64,000 bases of DNA from Candidatus Latescibacterota bacterium. GTDB lineage: Bacteria; Latescibacterota; UBA2968. The stretch is taken from NCBI GenBank assembly GCA_965222605.1, contig OZ244960.1, positions 5,088,001 to 5,152,000 on the forward strand, given 5' to 3'. A model generated the notes under the pieces. That model saw only the letters and a program-made list of their open reading frames with translations. It did not search any database and was not told the DNA's origin. Shown piece after piece: positions 56,942-64,000 of this stretch (the first letter of the stretch is position 1; each line of letters begins with the position of its first letter). The position numbers were made by a program, and so were the translations under genes.

Positions 56942-58010
56942 GGGATGCTCCACTGAGAACTGAGTGAAACGCCCTCAGTGTGATCTCAACGGCGTTCTCA
57001 GTGATTTCGTGGTGGGTCACAAGACGCACGTCATCGCCGAACGGCAAAACCAGCACGCCCTCACGTTCAAGCGCGGCGGCAAGGGTTTCGGGGCGCATTG
57101 TGTCTGGACGTGCGAGCACGATGTTCGACTCCACCTGGGACTTGTCAATACTAAGAGTTGGCTGGGAAGACAGACCATTTGCCAGTTGTCGCGCAGTGGT
57201 GTGATCTATGTGCAGTCGTTCGATCATCGTCTCGAGCGCAACGATACCTGCCGCGGCAACAATGCCGGCCGGTCGCCAACCGCCGCCGAACATTTGTCTG
57301 ATGCGCACCGCCTCGGCGATGAACCCATCGGGTCCGGCAAGGATCGCGCCGAGTGGCGCACCAAGTCCTTTGTTGAGATTGAAGGAAACGGTATCGCATG
57401 TCATGGCGATGTCACGCGCCGGGATTCCTAAGGCGACGGCTGCATTGAAGATCCGCGCGCCGTCAAGGTGCACCGGTACCTCCTGACTGCTGGCGATGTC
57501 GTAAATAGCTGTCATGTGTGCCGTGGGCACGACACGACCTCCAGAACGCACGTGCGTGTTTTCCTGGGCGACTGCGGCGGGGCGCGGGTGCTGTGCATCG
57601 CTGTGTCGGAGGGAATCACGCAAAGCGTCGAGGTCAAGCGCACCGGCCTGGGCCGGGATCATCTTCGGCATGGCACCGGACAGCGCGGCGGTGGCGGCCG
57701 ACTCCGATGTCACCACGTGGGCGTAGGCTTCCGTTACGAACAACTCACCGGGCCTGCAATGAATATGTAGCGCAATTTGGTTGGCCATCGTGCAAGTCGG
57801 CACAAAAAGAGCGTCGTCCTTTCCGATGACCTCCGCCGCGCGATTTTCGAGGTCGGCAACGATCGTGTCTTCGCGTAGCCCGAAGCCGCAGGGTTGCCTC
57901 GCAGCACGCAGCATCGCTTCAACCATGGCCGGAGTTGGTCGGGCAACAAAGTCCGATCTGAGATCGACGACCTGAGCTGCACCGCCGTCAGCAATGTTCT
58001 CGCACATCAT
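56931..58010 (-). CDS. Low-specificity L-threonine aldolase family PLP enzyme (divergent)
   Basis: 'DLRSD', 'TMANQ', 'ENTH', 'HLDGARIFNA', PLP lysine in 'NKGLGAP.G', 'GGGWR'. Confidence 0.88.
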   Translation of the reverse strand: MMCENIADGGAAQVVDLRSDFVARPTPAMVEAMLRAARQPCGFGLREDTIVADLENRAAEVIGKDDALFVPTCTMANQIALHIHCRPGELFVTEAYAHVVTSESAATAALSGAMPKMIPAQAGALDLDALRDSLRHSDAQHPRPAAVAQENTHVRSGGRVVPTAHMTAIYDIASSQEVPVHLDGARIFNAAVALGIPARDIAMTCDTVSFNLNKGLGAPLGAILAGPDGFIAEAVRIRQMFGGGWRPAGIVAAAGIVALETMIERLHIDHTTARQLANGLSSQPTLSIDKSQVESNIVLARPDTMRPETLAAALEREGVLVLPFGDDVRLVTHHEITENAVEITLRAFHSVLSGASHGP

Positions 58011-58126
58011 GTTCCTATCACCACCTGATGGCCATGGGCGTCACGGCGAAGTTTGTGAATTATTCAGGCTAGCTTCGTCGTCCATGGCACCAGCCTTGAA
58101 ATGCTTGCATAAACCCGCACAATCCT

Positions 58127-59548
58127 TTAGGTCCCAATCTCGGCGAGCAACCTAACCGCCTCCTCCACGATCTTCTCCAGACACCCCGGCTCCACCTTCG
58201 CCCACTTCGCCGGCTTGGTACGAATCTCATGCCCGCCCCGCGGGTAACTGTGACGCGGGGCGATGTAGCCGGCAAAGTCGGTTGTGTTGTGAGCGACGAA
58301 AGTATAGGGGAAGGGCGACCGGACTTTGATCTCCAGTTGGCCTTCGACGAAGGGCTCGCCGGGGAGTCCGACGAGGGCGATGTCGCCGATGCGCATGACT
58401 TGAATCTCATATGCGAGCTCTGGGGAGCGCTCGCGCTCAAGCTCCACGCTCATCAGCATGGCCGCATCCATCCAATCGGCGTTCACGCGGTGAGGCGTCC
58501 CATCTTCATCCCAGCGCGGCTCGGGGTGCTCGGCGAGGAGCTTCTTGGCGGCTGCGCGGTCGGCGGGATCGGCCTTCTTTAAGGGGAGCGGGACGAACTT
58601 CACTCGTGCGTCCAGCGTGGCCTCTTCTTCGAAGGTGAGTGCACTGAGGATGTGCCGTGAGGTCTCGGCCAGCGCGCGCCCCATTCGCCGGTGGTCCGGG
58701 ACGAAATCGGCGTGGAAGGCGGGCCACGGGTTTATGTTGCCGCAGCAACCGTTGAGCACCAGGGGAACGCACGTTTCACCGCATTCCTCCTGCATCCCGG
58801 CGCACCAAACGCCCGGCCAGTCCGGCGAGACGGTGTAGTGCTGCGTGGCGAACACGTTGACCGGATGGCACGTGAAGTGAAGGAGCATAGCGCTCATCTT
58901 CATTTTCTCATCGCGCAGACACACCATCCCCACCTCGGGGTCCGTCGGACCTTCGAGGAAGGCGATGTCCGTGGGCCCCAGCGGCCTGGACGCCCTGGAG
59001 AACTGTCCCGGCATCACTATGCCCCCATCGCGGGTTACTCCCCTCCGGTTAAAGGCCAGATCATCACGGACCGCCCGGCACGCGCCGAGTTGGACCGGAT
59101 GCAAGGCTTTGTCCGCGGCTTCAACGCACGAAAGGATTTTGCCGACGGCGTACTCGCAGTACTCAGATTGGGAGCCGCGGAGGTACTCTAGTTCAGGCGG
59201 AATGTTGGGCAGCGCCTCGTCGATGATAAAGTTGCCGAGGGGCGGCGTGGAATGGGATTGCGGAAGATGTACCATGATGTCGTCGGGCGCGATTCCACAG
59301 CGGAGCTCAATGCCCTGGCGAATCTTCTGCGTCCACGGAAGCGTGACGATTTCCAGGTCCGGTTGGACGATACAGAGTTTCCGTGTGCGGGATTCCAGGA
59401 CGAGAGCCCGGGCGTATAGCGGTTCAGCCATCGTGCGCGCATCGCGTAACACGCCCCACGTGCCGCCCAAGTGTGTGCCTGCGTTCGGCGTTATGTCAAT
59501 CAGCGCGCCGCCGGCCCGGAGGACATTGGGTCGGTCGGATGTAGTCAT
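58127..59548 (-). CDS. Neutral/alkaline ceramidase-like amidohydrolase, paralog 3
   Basis: 'DITP', 'EPLYARALVL', 'QSHSTP', 'FNRR', 'GPTDPEV', 'FTCHP', 'SPDWPG', 'NGCCGNINP', 'PGEPFVE', 'GYI...GGHE'. Confidence 0.8.
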   Translation of the reverse strand: MTTSDRPNVLRAGGALIDITPNAGTHLGGTWGVLRDARTMAEPLYARALVLESRTRKLCIVQPDLEIVTLPWTQKIRQGIELRCGIAPDDIMVHLPQSHSTPPLGNFIIDEALPNIPPELEYLRGSQSEYCEYAVGKILSCVEAADKALHPVQLGACRAVRDDLAFNRRGVTRDGGIVMPGQFSRASRPLGPTDIAFLEGPTDPEVGMVCLRDEKMKMSAMLLHFTCHPVNVFATQHYTVSPDWPGVWCAGMQEECGETCVPLVLNGCCGNINPWPAFHADFVPDHRRMGRALAETSRHILSALTFEEEATLDARVKFVPLPLKKADPADRAAAKKLLAEHPEPRWDEDGTPHRVNADWMDAAMLMSVELERERSPELAYEIQVMRIGDIALVGLPGEPFVEGQLEIKVRSPFPYTFVAHNTTDFAGYIAPRHSYPRGGHEIRTKPAKWAKVEPGCLEKIVEEAVRLLAEIGT

Positions 59549-59674
59549 AACGTCTCCTTCTAAAACAAAAGAATCTGTCGGCTGATCAATGAGAAATTCT
59601 GCACGAACGATTCTCGCTGCATACAGTGCAAACGATGTCGCTGGACACTATCTTCGAGAAGCATGTGTTTTCTA

Positions 59675-62620
59675 CTAACCGGACAACGCAAGGTTGCCCA
59701 CTATCTTCCGGAATCGGTTTGCTGCCTCCTGTATGGTCTCTTCGGTACCGCCGAACATGAGCCTCACATGGTCTCCGGACCCGTACGGTCCGCCGGGCTC
59801 GACAGCGACGCCGTATTCTGAAAGCAGCGCTTCGGCAAATTCCGCGCTGGGAAGGCCGAGTCCGCGTACGTTCAGAAATAGAAATGGCGCTCCTGCCGGG
59901 ACGGCAAAGGAAATCCCCGGTGCCTGGTCCAGGCCCTCTATCATCAGGTCACGGTACTGCTGATACCGCCTGGCAATCTCGTGCACCCAGTCCTGCGGTC
60001 CCTCCAATGCCGCCTGCGCTGCCCGCTGGGCGATATGGCTGCAGGTGAGCACATTCCACTCAAGCACCTTCCGGCAAGCAGCTATCAGGTCCGAGGGCCC
60101 GACAATATACCCCAGCCGCCACGGCTGCATCGCATAGCTCTTGGTAAAACTGCACAATGTCAGCAGCCGGTCCCGGATCTCTGGAATGGAGGCCGCCCTC
60201 AAGTGCTTTCGCCCGTCATAGACCATCTTGTCGTAGCACTCGTCAGAGAGAATCAAGAGATTGTGCCTGAGGGCCAGCTCCGCGATCGCCTCGAGATCTC
60301 TCTTTGACGCCACATATCCTGTCGGATTGCCGGGCGAATTCAGGATCACCATGCGGGTTCTTGACGAACAGGCCGCTTCCACGGCCTCGAGGTCCCAGCG
60401 CCAGTTCTGTTCCTGGTGAGTCGGCACGCAGACCGCGACGGCTCCGGCGAGGTGAAGCGGGCCTCCAAATTGAAATCCCGGACTGAACATCAGAACCTCA
60501 TCGCCCGGCGCGAGCAGCGCCAGAAACGCGATGCTCATGGCATGCATGGCGCCGTGCGTAATCAGGATCTCCGTATCCGGTTCCGGTCGGATCCCGTCAT
60601 CGGTTTCCCATCTTGCCGCGATGGCTTTCCGAAGTTCGGGGAAGCCGTTGGAAGGGGCCATCGCATTCTCGCCTATGGCCTTTTCGGCGGCGGCCAGGAC
60701 ATGTTCCGGCGGCGGCCAGGCGGGCGAACCCTTAAGCGACAGGACTTCGCTTCCCGCGACCTGGAACGAGGTGACGCGGTCTGCCATTTCCTTCGAGCTG
60801 ACCCTGCCGGCCAGGGCCGCCCGACTCGGTATCCTGGAAAGGTCTTCTGCAGAGAGATCCGCCGATGCCCTATCTTCATGTTCGCCTGCTGCCAGCATCC
60901 TCTGCCGGGTCGCGGCTGTTGCCTCTTCATCCATACTCAGTGTTAGGGGGTCGATCAGCACACCATAAACTTCCCTGGCCTGCTCGAGGCTGACCTTGTC
61001 ATTCCGTACATCTTCCAGGACCATTTGAGGATTCCGTTCCACAGGCGTGCCCCAGCCGCCGCCGCCTGCCTGAAGATGGCGCAGGATCTCTCCTTTCCTT
61101 AACACGATCGCTTCGCTTGGAAGCACAGGAAGAAGTGACTGGTGCGGTCCAGAATAGAGAGTATTGCAGGTTGGAGACCCGGAAAGGCCGCCCTGCAGCC
61201 CGTACGGTCGATGCGCCCGTCGGTCCGAACGCATGCTCAAAACGGCTTCCTCCGCGAGGATCCTGTATTCTCTCATGAGTGCCAACCCGCCCCGGTATTT
61301 TCCCGGTCCGCCGGAATCCATGACCAGGCCGTACTGCAATATCTCAATGGGGTGACGTGCTTCGATGAGTTCGACGGGCTGGTTGGATTGATTGGCGCCG
61401 GGATTGGGAACGCCTTCGGCGCCGTCGCGATCCGGCCGACCGCCTGAACAGCCGAGAACGGATTCTGTAAAGACAAATGGCTCGCCTTCGTGATAACCGC
61501 CAATCGAGGGAAACGTTGCGCCGCCCTCCCCTGCCGCCGGCACACGGTCCGGAACGGCCCTGGCCAGCGCGCCCAGAAGGGTGTCCAGCATCCGAAAGCC
61601 CGTAATCCCGCGGGTTGAGCAGGCGGCAGGCAGGACGGGGTTCATAATCGTACCCTCCGGTGCGAGAACCCGGATGGGCCGCATATAACCCTCATTGTTG
61701 GGGATATCACGCCCTCCCAGACATCGGAAAGCAAGGTAGGATGCTGAGAGAGTCATCGGGAAGGGCGCATTAATGCCGCCTTTCACCTGCGGCGCGCTCC
61801 CGCTCCAGTCCACGACTGCCTCCTCACCGGCAATCGTGATGGTCACCTGAAACCGGATCGGTTCCGGTTCGCTGCCCAGACCGTCGATGAAATCCGTGAA
61901 CTCATAGCTGCCGTCTGGGATGGCCTGAATCTCTTCCCGCATCATGCGTTCGGAGAGTTCGAGAAGTTGGTTGAGATAATGCCCCAGCGAATCCGATCCA
62001 TATTTTTCCAGAAGCTGCATATAGGCCTGTTCAGCCTGGCGGCAGGCAGCGAGCTGGGCGCGCATATCGCCCGCGACTTCCACAGGTACCCTGACATTTT
62101 TTTCTATAAATCTGAATACCGTATCATTGGGTGTTCCCCGGTCGTAAAGTTTGACGAGTGGAATGCGGAGACCTTCCTGGTAGATCTCGGTGGAGAACGA
62201 CGTATTGCTCCCGGGTGCGATCCCACCAACGTCCGCATGGTGGACTAGGGCAACTGCAAAGCCCTCCAGTACGCCAGCATAAAATATGGGCAGGGTGAGA
62301 TAGATATCCGGCAGATGCATGCCGCCGGCACCGTAAGGGTCATTGGTAATAAACACGTCGTCCGCATGTATTCTGTCTTCATATGCCCGGGTGAGTTCTG
62401 CCATGGCCACGGGAAACGAGCCGAGATGCAGCGCGGTCGTGAGACCCTGGGCGATCATTCTGCCTTTTGCGTCAAACAGCGCGGTGGAATAGTCCATGGA
62501 ATCTCGCACCACTGATGAATAGGCACTGCGCATCAGCACAAGCGCCATTGTATCAGCGATCATTTCCAGGGCGTTGCGAATGACTTCAAGAGTTACAGGG
62601 TCTGTCTTGTTCATGTCCAC
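59675..62620 (-). CDS. Fusion protein: hydantoinase B/oxoprolinase plus class I/II PLP aminotransferase
   Basis: N-terminal ~575 aa is HyuB-like ('NDPY..GMHLPD', 'HHADVGG', 'GGGGWG.P.ER'). C-terminal ~380 aa has 'G.PELRKAIA', 'LNSPGNPTG', 'SDECY', 'SFTKSYAM..WRLGY'. Single uninterrupted frame. Confidence 0.9.
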   Translation of the reverse strand: MDMNKTDPVTLEVIRNALEMIADTMALVLMRSAYSSVVRDSMDYSTALFDAKGRMIAQGLTTALHLGSFPVAMAELTRAYEDRIHADDVFITNDPYGAGGMHLPDIYLTLPIFYAGVLEGFAVALVHHADVGGIAPGSNTSFSTEIYQEGLRIPLVKLYDRGTPNDTVFRFIEKNVRVPVEVAGDMRAQLAACRQAEQAYMQLLEKYGSDSLGHYLNQLLELSERMMREEIQAIPDGSYEFTDFIDGLGSEPEPIRFQVTITIAGEEAVVDWSGSAPQVKGGINAPFPMTLSASYLAFRCLGGRDIPNNEGYMRPIRVLAPEGTIMNPVLPAACSTRGITGFRMLDTLLGALARAVPDRVPAAGEGGATFPSIGGYHEGEPFVFTESVLGCSGGRPDRDGAEGVPNPGANQSNQPVELIEARHPIEILQYGLVMDSGGPGKYRGGLALMREYRILAEEAVLSMRSDRRAHRPYGLQGGLSGSPTCNTLYSGPHQSLLPVLPSEAIVLRKGEILRHLQAGGGGWGTPVERNPQMVLEDVRNDKVSLEQAREVYGVLIDPLTLSMDEEATAATRQRMLAAGEHEDRASADLSAEDLSRIPSRAALAGRVSSKEMADRVTSFQVAGSEVLSLKGSPAWPPPEHVLAAAEKAIGENAMAPSNGFPELRKAIAARWETDDGIRPEPDTEILITHGAMHAMSIAFLALLAPGDEVLMFSPGFQFGGPLHLAGAVAVCVPTHQEQNWRWDLEAVEAACSSRTRMVILNSPGNPTGYVASKRDLEAIAELALRHNLLILSDECYDKMVYDGRKHLRAASIPEIRDRLLTLCSFTKSYAMQPWRLGYIVGPSDLIAACRKVLEWNVLTCSHIAQRAAQAALEGPQDWVHEIARRYQQYRDLMIEGLDQAPGISFAVPAGAPFLFLNVRGLGLPSAEFAEALLSEYGVAVEPGGPYGSGDHVRLMFGGTEETIQEAANRFRKIVGNLALSG

Positions 62621-62635
62621 TCTCTCACACCGTGG

Positions 62636-64000
62636 TCAGGCATGTCGAAGAATGATGTTCTGGAACTCGTCCATAGATGCCTGCCAACCTGGCGGCACGA
62701 CGGTGGTCGAGTCCAATTCTTCGATGATCAAGGGTCCTCCGGTGGGCGCGGCACGGAGGGATTGCCGTGAACAAACCGCGGTTTCCAGGTCACCGTCGGC
62801 CGGCCCGAAAAAGGCTGTTCTGCAGCCGTTTGGTACGACGTTCTCTTCCCGGTGATCCGCACGGAACAGGTCCCGCGGCTCATCCGCTCCAAACTCCCGA
62901 ATGACGCTCGAGACAATCCTGAGGTTGACCAGTTCGATGGGGTCATGGTTTGCCCGGTGGCCGTAGGTCGTGAGGTGCTCCTGCTCGAATACCTCCGCCA
63001 ATGTCGTTAGTTCCCCGGGTCCAAGCGGAACGCCGGGTGCAGGCACGGTCAGCTCGGTGGCCTGGTTGACATAGCGCAAATCGGCAAGCCGCCGTACTCG
63101 AATCTGTTCGGGGCGATATCCTTCGGCAACGAGCGTCTCCACCGTCTGCGACTCGAGTTCGCTATAGAGCCGGTTCAAGTCTTCGGGCCTGACCTCTTCC
63201 AGTCTGCGACACCAGGTTCGGACGGATTCATGCTCGGGTTCGGACACAAGCAGCCCGAAGGCACTGAACAGGCCGGGATGCGGCGGAATAATAACTTCTC
63301 GCATGCCCAGGGCCTGTGCGAGGGTTGTGGCTACGAGGGGCCCGCACCCACCGAATGCCAACAGGGCGGCCTCACGCGGATCTCTTCCGCGATACGTAGA
63401 AACGGACTTCACGGCCCGGATCATGGTCGCACAGGCCAGTGTAAAAGCCCCATAGGCGGCCTTCATCAGGCATTGTTGCATCGGTCTGGCCACTTTCTTC
63501 TCGAATATCCTCCTCGCTTGCGCTGTCGCCAGTTTCATCTTCCCGCCAAGCAGAGCATCGGGACTGAGATAGCCGAGCAGGACGGCGGCGTCCGTGAAGG
63601 TCGGCTCCTCGCCTCCAAGCCCGTAGCAGACGGGCCCGGGGTCTGCGCCGGCACTTTCCGGCCCGACCCGGAGCCGGCCGTGACGGTCAACCGAAACGAT
63701 ACTCCCGCCGCCCGCTCCGATCTCCGCGATATCGATGACCGGCAGCTTGAGCGCATATCCTGCGCCTTTGACAAGGCGGCTGCTCAGGTTGATACCGGCG
63801 CCGACTTCATATTCGGAAGTCCGCGCAACGGTTCCGTTCTCAACTATGGCGGTCTTGGCGGTTGTGCCGCCCATGTCCAGGGTAATCACATTTGTGTAGC
63901 CTGCTTTGCCGGCCATCCAGGCTGCGGCCATCACCCCGGCCGCCGGTCCGGATTCAATCAGGTGGGCGGGCTTCTTCTGCGCCGAGTCGGCTGTCATCAC
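62636..64000 (-). CDS. Hydantoinase A / 5-oxoprolinase ATP-binding subunit (pair 3; 5' end outside window)
   Basis: 'ESGPAAG', 'DMGGTTAK', 'EIGAGGGSI', 'SAGADPGP.CYG', 'STTVVPP'. Confidence 0.92.
   Translation of the reverse strand: MMTADSAQKKPAHLIESGPAAGVMAAAWMAGKAGYTNVITLDMGGTTAKTAIVENGTVARTSEYEVGAGINLSSRLVKGAGYALKLPVIDIAEIGAGGGSIVSVDRHGRLRVGPESAGADPGPVCYGLGGEEPTFTDAAVLLGYLSPDALLGGKMKLATAQARRIFEKKVARPMQQCLMKAAYGAFTLACATMIRAVKSVSTYRGRDPREAALLAFGGCGPLVATTLAQALGMREVIIPPHPGLFSAFGLLVSEPEHESVRTWCRRLEEVRPEDLNRLYSELESQTVETLVAEGYRPEQIRVRRLADLRYVNQATELTVPAPGVPLGPGELTTLAEVFEQEHLTTYGHRANHDPIELVNLRIVSSVIREFGADEPRDLFRADHREENVVPNGCRTAFFGPADGDLETAVCSRQSLRAAPTGGPLIIEELDSTTVVPPGWQASMDEFQNIILRHA

Overview
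Gene-dense bacterial window from a diderm aerobic heterotroph. An FCB-superphylum lineage (Latescibacterota/Gemmatimonadota-like) is inferred from the PorV-family barrel, the T9SS-like CTD protein, three DUF6785-like proteins and ACIII; this placement is not proven. 0-9.7 kb: oxidoreductases, a secreted orphan, an HpcH-type aldolase, a DUF1800-DUF1501-NHL triad lacking signal peptides, a DUF6785-like membrane protein and an AAC(3)-family acetyltransferase. 9.8-22.1 kb (minus strand): a complete alternative complex III (actABCDEFG) + SCO + A2-type caa3 oxidase operon. Its promoter-like 26-mer recurs upstream of the neighbouring desaturase. 23.6-27.2 kb: beta-propeller hydrolase-like protein, galactonate dehydratase and a CPBP protease. 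27.4-53.2 kb (plus strand) is the best candidate for an undescribed system: small OM barrel, TonB-dependent receptor, secreted FN3/T9SS-CTD-like protein and PorV/PorQ-family barrel, with no SusD. It is followed by two paralogous DUF6785-like putative transporters and cytoplasmic amide/lactam/sulfate hydrolases. 53.3-64 kb (minus strand): two more hydantoinase/oxoprolinase pairs, one with HyuB fused to a PLP aminotransferase, plus a threonine aldolase and a third ceramidase-like protein. No rRNA, tRNA, CRISPR array, integrase or transposase was recognised. Family calls come from motif recognition by eye, not database searches.
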